DNA of 64,000 nt, taken from an uncultured Candidatus Saccharibacteria bacterium. Its GTDB lineage: Bacteria > Patescibacteriota > Minisyncoccia > Phycocordibacterales > UBA9973. The notes under the pieces were generated by a model, which was not told the DNA's origin, made no database searches, and saw nothing but the letters and a program-made list of their open reading frames with translations. The position numbers and the translations under genes are program-made. The DNA lies in the NCBI GenBank assembly GCA_964496425.1, contig CAZBZO010000005.1, forward strand, positions 10,015-74,014, written 5' to 3'. This document shows positions 46,152-55,953 of this stretch, one piece after another. Positions within the stretch are counted from its first letter, which is position 1; each line of letters begins with the position of its first letter.

Positions 46152-47087
46152 TTATCCTTGGCTCATATTGTATCGTCCTTGATCTAAAATAAGAGTACTT
46201 CGGATCGCGTCAAATTCTAAAAGTAAAGCATCCTTATCAAAAGCAGGAGTAGTTCCGGGGTCATAATTTTCAATAACAGTATAATGAACAACATACCGAA
46301 TGGCTATGCATGGATTGGTGCCCGGTATGGCGTATATTGTCTCCTCGTAGCGGCTGCCGAGACCGGCGTTGGAAGATGTTGCGACTGAGTATGTCACGTC
46401 ATTTTGTGTTTTCTCTGTTGCTGGGTGGATGCCATCCAAAAATATATTGGCAGTGCATGAGTCTGTTTGTGGAATGCTCTCGATGCTAATGTACGTGTCA
46501 CTAGAAAGATTGGGGCCTTCGGTTGGTGGGGGAGGAATAGTAAAAGCAACTCCAGCGATTTTTTTCCCTGGCGCGAGCTGGTATGCATGCGAGGTATTTA
46601 CGCTGTATCCTTCTGGATAACGGATTGAAAATCCTTCTGTGCCGTTTACATATATTTCTGTGAGATTTGATTCTTCTGGTACATCTGCTACTCTCACGCA
46701 GCCAATAAAAGTTTTTTCCTCATTATTTTCGAGTACCAATGCGCCGTTGCCCTTGCTCCAGAATATAAAAGATTCATCTTCTGTCGCATAGCGTGTACCG
46801 TCCGCAGAAATTGTTTGGGGAATAGCAACAAAACGACCACCACTTAATTTGAGGCTTACGCTGCCACCAGGAGTAGGTGGTAAGTTGGGACTTGTCGCAG
46901 GTTTTGATTCTCCTTTAAAAAAGGTTGCCGTGATTTTCTTATTGTTGTTGCATGCGTACGTAATAGTTTGCGGCGCTTTATTTCCGTCTAAGCCCAGCAT
47001 TTCAATACTCTCTGGATGCGACACGAAAAACCAGCCAGCCAGAACGAGGATTACAATTACAGCAAAAATCACCAAGAATTTCTTCAT
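46152..47087 (-). CDS. Secreted/anchored hypothetical protein
   Basis: N-terminal TM/signal MKKFLVIFAVIVILVLAGWFF. 311 aa. Confidence 0.5.
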   Translation of the reverse strand: MKKFLVIFAVIVILVLAGWFFVSHPESIEMLGLDGNKAPQTITYACNNNKKITATFFKGESKPATSPNLPPTPGGSVSLKLSGGRFVAIPQTISADGTRYATEDESFIFWSKGNGALVLENNEEKTFIGCVRVADVPEESNLTEIYVNGTEGFSIRYPEGYSVNTSHAYQLAPGKKIAGVAFTIPPPPTEGPNLSSDTYISIESIPQTDSCTANIFLDGIHPATEKTQNDVTYSVATSSNAGLGSRYEETIYAIPGTNPCIAIRYVVHYTVIENYDPGTTPAFDKDALLLEFDAIRSTLILDQGRYNMSQG

Positions 47088-47154
47088 ATTCTTATTATAG
47101 TCTAGGAATTCTAAAAACGAAATTTTCTATCTTTTTCAGGAGGATATTCTATTT

Positions 47155-47922
47155 TTATTGATACCAATTAAGTAACACAACATCAATGCTTGGATTACTA
47201 GCATTCACAAGCTCTTTGAAATGATTGATGTCACTTAAGCCATTTTCTCCACGATAATGGTAGGGGTAGATATGAGCAGGTGCAAAATCAAGTACGGCAT
47301 CTGCTGCTTCTTCGACGCTCATGGTGAAAGGAAGATTCATTGGAATAAGTGCGATATCGATGTCTCTAAGGGCACGCATTTCGGGTATACCAGAAGTATC
47401 TCCTGCTACGTATACATGGAATCCATCTCGCTCGATCACATAGCCATTGCCACGGCCTTTTGTGTGTCGACTCTCGGGTGTCTCGGGAAGATTGTACATT
47501 GGTATGGCTGTGATTTGGAAACCTTGCTCCGTTATAGTTTCTCCATTTGCAAGGACAATAGCGCGCGGCAGGAGATCTTCCGGTAGCAAATCTTTGACAG
47601 CTTGTGGAACAATAATATTGGCATCTCCAATTACGGCTTGAAGCGTCTCCGCATTAAAATGGTCACCATGAATATCAGTGACAAGAATAATATTAGCAGG
47701 GGACTGGTTTGTAAATGCTGCTACCCCGCCGGTTGGATCAGTGTAAAGCGTCATACCAGCCCAACTAAGCACGGCAGTGGCATGGGAGATTGGAGTGATC
47801 GTTACCGGTGCGGTATTTGCCACCTCCATTGAAGTCGGAGAAGTATTTTCTTTTTTATTGAATATAAAAAATAAAACTCCAAGACCGATAATAGCGATAA
47901 TAATCCAAAGAATTGTTTTCAT
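47155..47922 (-). CDS. Secreted MBL-fold metallo-hydrolase
   Basis: Signal/TM N-terminus. ILVTDIHGDH metallo-beta-lactamase-type motif. Confidence 0.65.
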   Translation of the reverse strand: MKTILWIIIAIIGLGVLFFIFNKKENTSPTSMEVANTAPVTITPISHATAVLSWAGMTLYTDPTGGVAAFTNQSPANIILVTDIHGDHFNAETLQAVIGDANIIVPQAVKDLLPEDLLPRAIVLANGETITEQGFQITAIPMYNLPETPESRHTKGRGNGYVIERDGFHVYVAGDTSGIPEMRALRDIDIALIPMNLPFTMSVEEAADAVLDFAPAHIYPYHYRGENGLSDINHFKELVNASNPSIDVVLLNWYQ

Positions 47923-47937
47923 AATATTGTTTTTTAT

Positions 47938-48375
47938 TTAATCTGGTAAAAATAAACAAGTACTATTTGAATCAACTATCAAATTTTCTTGATCCTGACT
48001 AATACCCTTAAAATTTCCCAACGAATCAACGCAAATATATTCCTGTCCACTCCATTTTTCTAAAAGTTTTGTAGACGAGACCCAACTATTTTCATCACTG
48101 AAGCATTTAACTACAGCATTTTCTGCGTTTCTTTCGTCTATCAAAGCAATATTTTCTTGCGTAACAGTATCTGTGCAGAAGTTTGCGTACGATGTATTTT
48201 CCTGGTAAAAAACTGGTGCTTGGCGACGAAAATCAGAAAGAAGAGATAGTGTTGCTGCATCAGGATTTTTCGGATGTCCATCTGGGATGATAAATGAATA
48301 TACGATAAAAGCCACTACAAATACGATAATAACAATGGCGAGTGGTATAAAAATCCATTTTAATATTTTTTTCAT
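47938..48375 (-). CDS. Membrane-anchored hypothetical protein
   Basis: TM helix IFIPLAIVIIVFVVAFIVYSFII. Start trimmed to MKKILKW to avoid overlap. Confidence 0.4.
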   Translation of the reverse strand: MKKILKWIFIPLAIVIIVFVVAFIVYSFIIPDGHPKNPDAATLSLLSDFRRQAPVFYQENTSYANFCTDTVTQENIALIDERNAENAVVKCFSDENSWVSSTKLLEKWSGQEYICVDSLGNFKGISQDQENLIVDSNSTCLFLPD

Positions 48376-48376
48376 A

Positions 48377-48880
48377 TTATCCTTTATACGCTTCCTCAAG
48401 TTTGGCAATATCTATCTTTTTCATTTGCATCATGGCGTGCATTGCCCGGGCGTTGCCTTCCTTGTCTGAACCATTTAAGTATTGCTCCATTGGTGGTGCG
48501 ATCTGCCAAGAAAATCCCCACTTGTCTTTGCACCAGCCACACTGGCTCTCTGCACCCTCCTTGGTAAATGTATTCCAAAAGTGATCGATTTCTTCTTGGG
48601 TTTTGCATTCAATCATAAATGATACTGATTCATTGGGTTTAAAGAGTGGGCCACCGTCAAGACACATAAATTTTTCTCCAGCCAGGCTAAAGACTCCCGT
48701 GAGGACCTTGCCCTCCATGCCTTTCAAGTGCTCTTCGTTTGAACCCTCAGGGTAATACTTAATAGTTATTACTTTTGATTCAACGCTTTGACCCGGTGCG
48801 GTATTAAATGTTTCAACATAAAAATTCATTGCGTCCTTGGCATCTTTGTCGAACCATAAAAACGGGGTGATTTTTTGCAT
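48377..48880 (-). CDS. VOC/PhnB-like (3-demethylubiquinone-9 3-methyltransferase domain) protein
   Basis: MQKITPFLWFDKDAKDAMNFY N-terminus typical of this family. Confidence 0.7.
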   Translation of the reverse strand: MQKITPFLWFDKDAKDAMNFYVETFNTAPGQSVESKVITIKYYPEGSNEEHLKGMEGKVLTGVFSLAGEKFMCLDGGPLFKPNESVSFMIECKTQEEIDHFWNTFTKEGAESQCGWCKDKWGFSWQIAPPMEQYLNGSDKEGNARAMHAMMQMKKIDIAKLEEAYKG

Positions 48881-48987
48881 AAAATAAATTTTAAAATTTG
48901 GGTATTAACCAGTAATATAAAAAGTATAGCACGGTCTACTTTGTATAAAGTAAACGCATGAGTTTGCTTTTTCATGCGAAGAATTTG

Positions 48988-49476
48988 TTAGGAATGAAGG
49001 TAATACACTTTTGTCACCCAATGGGTTGGGTGTGTGTCAGACATACTGTCGACAACATATTCCTCAACAGCGAGTACTGATGATCCGCCTTTGTCATAAT
49101 TCTTTTCTTTGGCGTACGCCATAAGTGAACGATGAATATCGCCGAGTCCACTATATGGACCGTGGAGTGAGTCAGTAAACGCTTTACAGGGGGCAATATC
49201 AACTAGCTCTAGTTCCGGATCACCAACATTTCCTATTCCCTCTACGGGAAATGAGATACCAAGCTCAGCCTGACCTGCCGCTTGATCCCATTTAAAATAA
49301 AGTACTGTCCACGGACCAGCCGGGTTGATGTTATGTGTTTTTAAATATCCGCCGAGTTTCTTTCCCGCTTCGTCGTACAGGGCATGGTCACTGACCTGAC
49401 TAATGGCGATTGATTTTCTCAATGTGAGGTATCGTTTTGGCCCAAATGTTGTTTCTTGAATTGACATATTATTCAT
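48988..49476 (-). CDS. GyrI-like small-molecule-binding domain protein
   Basis: Size and pattern consistent with AraC effector-binding/GyrI-like fold. Moderate confidence. Confidence 0.45.
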   Translation of the reverse strand: MNNMSIQETTFGPKRYLTLRKSIAISQVSDHALYDEAGKKLGGYLKTHNINPAGPWTVLYFKWDQAAGQAELGISFPVEGIGNVGDPELELVDIAPCKAFTDSLHGPYSGLGDIHRSLMAYAKEKNYDKGGSSVLAVEEYVVDSMSDTHPTHWVTKVYYLHS

Positions 49477-49733
49477 TTCTGTTTTATGTTGGTAATTTTG
49501 ACCACGTTGCCCATTGCATCATACGTAATCCAATCGGCGATTTGCTTACCGTTTTTAAAATGACCCGAACGCATTTTACTCCCATCTTTCCTAAACCATT
49601 CCCAATAGCCTTCGCATACACCATCTACCATTTTCCCTTTGGCCCACACGCTTCCGTCTTTGTGGTAGATGGTATGTTGTTTTGCTGGTGTTTTCTTAAG
49701 CATGTAAATGTATTTTAGCGCATTTGTATTCAT
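49473..49733 (-). CDS. MORN-repeat (YwqK-like) small protein
   Basis: YHKDGSVWAKGKMVDGVCEGYWEWFRKDGSKMRSGHFKNGKQ repeat units. Confidence 0.5.
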   Translation of the reverse strand: MNTNALKYIYMLKKTPAKQHTIYHKDGSVWAKGKMVDGVCEGYWEWFRKDGSKMRSGHFKNGKQIADWITYDAMGNVVKITNIKQK

Positions 49734-49774
49734 CGGTATAGATCTTTACAGTAATAGTTGTATACTGAAGATAT

Positions 49775-50212
49775 ATGAAACACATTACTTTTTTATTACT
49801 ACGTTTTGGTATGGCCTTCATCTTTTTGTGGGCATTTTTTGATAAAACGTTTGGGCTTGGTTTTGCGACGACAGCCGATAAAGCGTGGATCAATGGCGGG
49901 TCGCCGACAACAGGGTTTCTTATGCATGGAACACATGGGCCTTTGGCCGTGGTATTTCAGTCGCTTGCAGGACTTCAAATTGTAGACTGGCTCTTTATGC
50001 TCGGTCTCCTCTTTGTCGGCCTAACACTCTTAACCAATAAATTTGTAAAATGGGGGAGTATCGCTGGTTCAGCCATGCTCTTTTTAATGTATCTTGCGGT
50101 CCTGCCGCCAGAAAACAACCCTCTGATTGATGATCATATTATATATATATTGGTCTTATGTTTACTCGCTGTAAAATCTTCACCCGAGAACAATGAGCAA
50201 AGCATATCTTGA
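49775..50212 (+). CDS. DoxX-family membrane protein
   Basis: LLRFGMAFIFLWAFFDK start and 4 TM helices. Confidence 0.65.
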   Translation: MKHITFLLLRFGMAFIFLWAFFDKTFGLGFATTADKAWINGGSPTTGFLMHGTHGPLAVVFQSLAGLQIVDWLFMLGLLFVGLTLLTNKFVKWGSIAGSAMLFLMYLAVLPPENNPLIDDHIIYILVLCLLAVKSSPENNEQSIS

Positions 50213-50570
50213 GGTACTAGGTACGATCCTCTTCGTCACATTTGCAACTATTGCGGCGTATAGCCAACTAGCGGAAGTTGCATTCTTTTGGAATGAACAA
50301 CTTGCATGGAGCATCGCGCTTATTTTATGCTGGGCAGTTGTTTCGGCTGGGTATTTTCATCAAGGACTCATCATTCGCAAAGCGCGAAGTGCAACACATG
50401 TCTCAATCATTCTTCCGATCGCAGTATTCATCGTGCAGTGCATCTTGTTTGTGAAAGGCATCTACTACAAAGATTTCTCATTGATACTTGGCGCCGTCAT
50501 GGTGAATTGCGGTGTGACATTCAATCTCTATCAAATTTTTAAATTTAAAAGTAGAAGTTCCTCGTCATAA
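50193..50570 (+). CDS. Membrane protein, hypothetical
   Basis: 125 aa, 3-4 TM helices. Overlaps the upstream gene by 20 nt. Confidence 0.45.
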   Translation: MSKAYLEVLGTILFVTFATIAAYSQLAEVAFFWNEQLAWSIALILCWAVVSAGYFHQGLIIRKARSATHVSIILPIAVFIVQCILFVKGIYYKDFSLILGAVMVNCGVTFNLYQIFKFKSRSSSS

Positions 50571-50644
50571 ACACCCTTACACCTATTGGGTAAGCCGTTA
50601 TATTTATATCCCACATCTTCTACCTACGAACGTTGTAGGATTCT

Positions 50645-51061
50645 CTATTGTGTTTCTGTGTACGTTTTGAAATTGTCTAGTATGGATTGCCAACCAGCGC
50701 GCTGCACTTCGATCGGGTTTTCATTCTCGGGATCAAATGTTTCGATAATCTTTATACCCTCTGGTGTATTCATGAATTCTATTTTGACATGCCGCTGGTC
50801 TGCATCCATATCATATTCAATGAGTGCATGTTCTATGACATCGGTATATGTTCCCGTAAAATCAAATCCGGCCGATCCATCTTTAGCTTCCATGCGGGTC
50901 ATAAATTTTCCACCGACCCGTACATCGTTTTCGGCGCGCGGTGCATGCCAAAGAGGGGAGGCGTTACACCACTTGGCGATATGCTCTGGGTTTATCCAAT
51001 ACCGCCAAATCTTTTCAATTGGTGCATTGACTGAGGTTTCTACTGTGATTTTTTCTGCCAT
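50645..51061 (-). CDS. SRPBCC-superfamily (Aha1-domain) protein
   Basis: ITVETSVNAPIEKIWRYWINPEHIAKW pattern. Confidence 0.7.
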   Translation of the reverse strand: MAEKITVETSVNAPIEKIWRYWINPEHIAKWCNASPLWHAPRAENDVRVGGKFMTRMEAKDGSAGFDFTGTYTDVIEHALIEYDMDADQRHVKIEFMNTPEGIKIIETFDPENENPIEVQRAGWQSILDNFKTYTETQ

Positions 51062-51063
51062 AG

Positions 51064-51453
51064 CTATGCTTTCGGGACATCACTTACAAACACAGGATGA
51101 AGCTTGTGATATGAAGTGTAGGAGAGGACAAGGATGACCAGGGCGACGACCGGCAAAGCCAGTGCGCCGGAGAAGCCGCCAACTACCCAAATACTTATAA
51201 ACGCACAGATAAAATCGAAACCAAATCCAGCATATGCCCATTCTTTTACGCGTGGAGGTACCTGAGGAATAATGAGGGCAAGGGAACCAAGCACTTTAAA
51301 TGCGACAATAATTGTTACAAAGTAGAGGGGATAGCCGAGACCGGTAATACCCGCAACCGACATTTCACTGTGTCCAGTAAGCGCTGACATCACACCTTCG
51401 AGTAAAAAAATGAGCCCTGTAAACACCCAAAAAATTATTTTGTATTTTTTCAT
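51064..51453 (-). CDS. DoxX-like membrane protein
   Basis: 4-TM small membrane protein. Confidence 0.5.
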   Translation of the reverse strand: MKKYKIIFWVFTGLIFLLEGVMSALTGHSEMSVAGITGLGYPLYFVTIIVAFKVLGSLALIIPQVPPRVKEWAYAGFGFDFICAFISIWVVGGFSGALALPVVALVILVLSYTSYHKLHPVFVSDVPKA

Positions 51454-51522
51454 ATGTCGAAATAATACCCTGGGTTAGGATTTTTTACAAGGCGGAAACT
51501 ATAATATAGAAAGAAGTCGGGG

Positions 51523-51732
51523 CTATAATTTGCCGTTGAGGTACTTACTGGCGACGCTAAGAGCAAATGACGGTAGGATGATAAATACAGTGGCAAAGAG
51601 AAGGCGAATCAGCATTTCGCTTATAGGTGTATCTGGCGTGTCCGGCCCTCCTGCTGTCAAAACAATCAAGATCCCAACGATTCCAAAGGCAATGGATGAG
51701 TAAATAAAAACTTTTGTGGCTATTTTTTGCAT
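51523..51732 (-). CDS. Small two-TM membrane protein
   Basis: 69-aa hydrophobic ORF. Confidence 0.35.
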   Translation of the reverse strand: MQKIATKVFIYSSIAFGIVGILIVLTAGGPDTPDTPISEMLIRLLFATVFIILPSFALSVASKYLNGKL

Positions 51733-51769
51733 AATTCTATAGATATCAATTAATACTATTATTCACTCA

Positions 51770-52159
51770 TTAGGCTTCGACGATCGATTGAAATCCTCCA
51801 ACTGCGAATCGCTTCATATCAAATGGCATAGGCATGTTTTCATATTTCTTTTTATTTTCAGGACTATCCATTTCTTTCATGACTTTTTTATTGACTTCGT
51901 CGCGGTGTTTGCGGGATTTATACACGATCCATGAAAAGGCTACGGTCTCTCCAGGTTTGAGCTTAGCAAGCTTGCCGAACCCTTGCCCCATTCCTTTTTG
52001 CACTTTCAAATCGTCCCCGATGGATTCATAGTATTCAAGCGCGCCGTATTTCATCCATGTCTTTGCTCCCCACTCTGCCATTTTCTTGTATGCAGCGACA
52101 TCTTTCTTTTTAAGTGGTATCACAAACCCATCTACGTATTTTTTACTATTTGTTTTCAT
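51770..52159 (-). CDS. DUF1428-like hypothetical protein
   Basis: YVDGFVIPLKKKDVAAYKKMA N-terminus resembles the DUF1428 family. Confidence 0.45.
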   Translation of the reverse strand: MKTNSKKYVDGFVIPLKKKDVAAYKKMAEWGAKTWMKYGALEYYESIGDDLKVQKGMGQGFGKLAKLKPGETVAFSWIVYKSRKHRDEVNKKVMKEMDSPENKKKYENMPMPFDMKRFAVGGFQSIVEA

Positions 52160-52221
52160 ATATAGTTTGAATAAATGATTAACTTTTTAATATATGACTT
52201 ATTTTATCATTAAATTATATT

Positions 52222-52566
52222 TTGTATATTGCCAGAGTTATACTCCAAAAGATTTGGTACAATGAGTATATGGTCAATACGCCACACAAGATGCCGGAGG
52301 ATTTGCGAAGGGCTATTGCTTCTTCCCCAAAGGCGACTGTAGTGTGGCAAGATATCACACCCCTTGCTCGCAATGAATGGATCTGCTGGGTGATTTCCGG
52401 TATGAAAGCAGAGACGCGAAGTATTCGCATCAAGAAAGCTCTCTCAAAACTTAGTAGCGGCATGCGTCGCCCGTGTTGTTGGATAGGATGTGTGCATCGG
52501 ACGGATAAGCCAATCAGCTCATCGCAAAAGTACATACTCGGTAAACTCTCCAAAAAGAGACCGTAA
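52222..52566 (+). CDS. YdeI/OmpD-associated family-like protein
   Basis: Basic 114-aa ORF. Weak family resemblance. Start may be an internal Met (52267). Confidence 0.35.
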   Translation: MYIARVILQKIWYNEYMVNTPHKMPEDLRRAIASSPKATVVWQDITPLARNEWICWVISGMKAETRSIRIKKALSKLSSGMRRPCCWIGCVHRTDKPISSSQKYILGKLSKKRP

Positions 52567-52592
52567 ACAGTAACTTCGTTACTTTACGGATT

Positions 52593-52892
52593 TTACCAAA
52601 CTTTATAGATTTCTCTCGAACCGGATACATACATATCATTCATATCCTTAAACTTATCCATCATCGCTTTTTCTTCAGCGCTTTGGTTTTCCATCATGTT
52701 CTTTATATCCTCTTCATACGCAGCGAGAGAAGCGTGATTGGTGGCAATGATGACTCTATGGAATTGCCCCGTCATGTCAGTCATGACATAGGTATTCTTT
52801 TCAGGCTTAATATCTGCCCATTCCTTAAAAAGCTTCGCCATCTTTGAAGCATTACCTGGCTTACAAACAAAAATATCGTGTACGATTATCAT
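52593..52892 (-). CDS. Hypothetical small protein
   Basis: 99-aa ORF. Confidence 0.4.
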   Translation of the reverse strand: MIIVHDIFVCKPGNASKMAKLFKEWADIKPEKNTYVMTDMTGQFHRVIIATNHASLAAYEEDIKNMMENQSAEEKAMMDKFKDMNDMYVSGSREIYKVW

Positions 52893-53011
52893 AGATTTTT
52901 ACTCTAATTATCTTAGCTTTTAATCTCCTGGATTCATTATAGCTGTTTTAAAACTGTTAGCCTATCTTGTGATAGTGCTCTAAACGCCAAGCAGGGAGAT
53001 AACTTTTGATT

Positions 53012-53386
53012 TTATTTCTTACTGCGCTTCAAGTAGTCGATGATCCCCCATATTTCAAGACAAAGAGCAATACTCCCTACAATGACCGGAATATACCAAT
53101 ACATGGTGCCATGCCAGGCATAGACATAGAGTTGGGCGAGGAAAAAACCGGCGTAGTCGACAATGACGTCACTCACACGGTTGGCAGCTTGTTCATGAAT
53201 TTCGGCAAAATACTCAAAAATTTCCCAAGTAGTAAACATTCCAACCGCGATGGCGCAGGCGAGGTATGGAGTGAGATGAAAATATAGAAATGCGCCACCG
53301 ATGGCGAAGCATGCAAAAAAGTGCACAAGTGACCAAAGGTCAATAAATTCTCTTTCTTTCCAAGGACCTGTTGTGGTTTCTGACAT
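53012..53386 (-). CDS. Membrane protein, hypothetical
   Basis: 124 aa, 3-4 TM helices. Confidence 0.45.
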   Translation of the reverse strand: MSETTTGPWKEREFIDLWSLVHFFACFAIGGAFLYFHLTPYLACAIAVGMFTTWEIFEYFAEIHEQAANRVSDVIVDYAGFFLAQLYVYAWHGTMYWYIPVIVGSIALCLEIWGIIDYLKRSKK

Positions 53387-53436
53387 AATTTTATTGTATA
53401 ACTTTTTACCTCGAATTTGGGAAAATATTAGTATGG

Positions 53437-53838
53437 TTATACTTTCTTGATAATATAATTATTTCCGTCTGAATAACCCTCGATCACTTTCACTTCTTCT
53501 TCGTCAAAATATTCTATGGCATTAGAAGCTATGGCTTTTTCAAATAGTATCTTTGAGTAGAGCGGGGGAGCATTATCTGCTCGAGATAGAGTGATGTGAG
53601 GGTATGTATTCTTTGATTTCGAGTTCTCGACAAGTAGGTCATCTCCCCATTCATCATACGCACGTCCGATTATTTTTATACTATATTCTTTTCCTATTTC
53701 TATTCCATCTAAACTATGTGGTTCAAATTCGATTGTCGAATGATGTCCAAAAATTTTCTCGTGTTTAGGAGGGAATCTTTTCAATAAATCCTCTCTGTCT
53801 TTTACAAAGAGAGCGGTAAATTTTATTCCTTTCTCCAT
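53437..53838 (-). CDS. Putative 2H-phosphoesterase (LigT-like) family protein
   Basis: Two HxTx motifs (HSTI and HITL) about 60 aa apart in a 133-aa protein. Confidence 0.4.
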   Translation of the reverse strand: MEKGIKFTALFVKDREDLLKRFPPKHEKIFGHHSTIEFEPHSLDGIEIGKEYSIKIIGRAYDEWGDDLLVENSKSKNTYPHITLSRADNAPPLYSKILFEKAIASNAIEYFDEEEVKVIEGYSDGNNYIIKKV

Positions 53839-54386
53839 ATTTTATATTATACACAAAAATAATTTAGGTTCGAACTTCCTAAGGAGGCAAGTTTAGAATT
53901 CATAAAAGAAAAAATCCACCTAGTAGTAGATTTTTTTCTACCACGAAGTGGATTAGTTTTTATTGATTCATCCAGTAGGAAATTTTTCCCCACCAGGTCA
54001 ATTCTGATCTATGTTTTTTCCAAAGGAAATCCAGTAGCCCCAGAATTGAATTGACTTTCGTTTCGGGCATTACTTTTTCGCCCGTTGACAAGGTTAAATT
54101 CATTAACTCACCTGTCTGTTTCGACCAGGTGGCTTGTGATTTGTAGTCAGCAAACATGTTCATTTTTGGTTATTTTATTGTGAGTAAAAATTATTTATTA
54201 AGTTCTCTCAATCTCCATAAAGAAACTGGGAGAACCTAATAAAAACTAACAATAAAATCCAAATATCAAAGAACTACACAACTCTTTACATTATAGCATA
54301 ATAGGACCTATTTGTCAAATGTTGCTCCGAACTTGGGATGATGCTCGAAAGAGTATTCTAGAGATAAAATAAGATCAATAAAGTAT

Positions 54387-54815
54387 TTATTTTCCGGGAG
54401 AAAATTCGATTATCCACTCAATACCGTATTTATCTCTAAACATCCCCGCATAGGTACCCCACGGACTATCGCCCATAGGTCCTTCCATTTCTCCTCCAGC
54501 CGAAAGACCATTGAATAACCTATCAGCTTCTTCTTTGCTTTCTGTGCTTATCACAATTTTACTTCGGTTTTCATTCTCATTTACTTTCCCCATAAACTCA
54601 GGCACGTCGTTGGCTATCAGTATATTATCTTTACTAATAGGCAAAGCAATATGCATTATTTTATTTTCTTCCTTCTCTGCCACTGGGAATTCAGTGCTCG
54701 CCAGATCTTTGAAACGTATAATTTTTGTAAACTCACCGCCAAAAACTGATTTGTAAAAGGTGAGTGCTTCTTCGGCATTACCGTTGAAGTTAATCCAAGG
54801 ATTTATTGTTGTCAT
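54387..54815 (-). CDS. VOC (glyoxalase/bleomycin-resistance) family protein
   Basis: PhnB-like pattern INPWINFNGNAEEALTFYKSVFGG. Confidence 0.65.
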   Translation of the reverse strand: MTTINPWINFNGNAEEALTFYKSVFGGEFTKIIRFKDLASTEFPVAEKEENKIMHIALPISKDNILIANDVPEFMGKVNENENRSKIVISTESKEEADRLFNGLSAGGEMEGPMGDSPWGTYAGMFRDKYGIEWIIEFSPGK

Positions 54816-54972
54816 AATTTAAGGGTAGCAAATTAAAGGAGTTTGATAAAGCGGTTGATTTGGCTCCGAACTTGGGATGAAGTTCGAAATGCAATTTTGA
54901 ATAATTAAACAAAAGAAAATCCGCAGTCTTGATAACTACGGATTTATTCTAGAGAATTAATTCTTCTGTCTT

Positions 54973-55473
54973 TTAATCAAAATACGCTATACGATAGAAT
55001 AAGTGATTTTCTTTAAAGATGTGAATGAGCTGAGATGCTACTACCTGCCATTGTTTTGTATCGGCTTTCCAATGAAAGCTAAATTGTAAAACATAACCAG
55101 GATCATTAGGAGCTTCCATGTTCCCGATGATATGCGTTCCAGTTTCAAGAGATACTTTGCCAGGTTGTCCATCCATTTGATTCTCTAACAATTGTAGAAT
55201 TCTTTCCACAATTGTGTTTGCTGAATCTAAATATTCGCAACACAATAACGCAGAAATCCCTTTATGATCTGTACCATCTACAACCAAATCCTCAACAAGG
55301 ATTTCGTTATCAGTTTTTTCATCGGTAATCAGTTGTTCAATTTCCCAGACACGTGTTAGAAGGAATCTTTCATCACTTAATGCTTTTCTACGATTCTCAC
55401 GTGCTAGCCCCTTAATGAAGTATGTGTTGAGAAGCTGGCAGCCCGTATGTCTTTTTTGATTTAAGTTTTGCAT
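54973..55473 (-). CDS. Hypothetical protein
   Basis: 166-aa ORF. Confidence 0.4.
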   Translation of the reverse strand: MQNLNQKRHTGCQLLNTYFIKGLARENRRKALSDERFLLTRVWEIEQLITDEKTDNEILVEDLVVDGTDHKGISALLCCEYLDSANTIVERILQLLENQMDGQPGKVSLETGTHIIGNMEAPNDPGYVLQFSFHWKADTKQWQVVASQLIHIFKENHLFYRIAYFD

Positions 55474-55953
55474 GGTTTTTTATTTAAAATGAGATTATTG
55501 AGTTGTCTCTAATCCCAAGCAGGGAACAGGGAAAACCCAACAAATCAACAATAAATAACCAAATATTTCAAAGGACTATTACTGAGAAAATAATAGCATA
55601 AAATATACAAAAAGTCAAATGCTCCGCGGATAGGAATTTCTCGGCTTACTGCCGCAGGTACTTTTCAATCTCGCAAGCTCGATAATGAAAAGTCTTTCGA
55701 ATCCTAACGCGAGTGAAGTAGTTCACTCGCTCCCGCAGGAGAGGTCATCAAAACAAAAACACCCGCAAGGGTGCTTTGTTTTGTGATGCTCCGAACCTGG
55801 GATGATGTTCGGAAGGCTATTCTTGAAAGTGGAAGGCAGTTTTGAGCTTGGAAATAAGGTCTTTAGGAGAAGGATACTCAATAGACCCGCTAACTTTTCA
55901 TATTTATTTTATTGAGTCAAAACCTATGCGCGAATGAGTGGGAAATGTTATAG

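Noticed and set aside
53960-54163. 67-aa minus-strand ORF
   Set aside because: Short, with no motif and low information. Kept out of the feature list because coding status is uncertain, although it lies downstream of one copy of the hairpin repeat.
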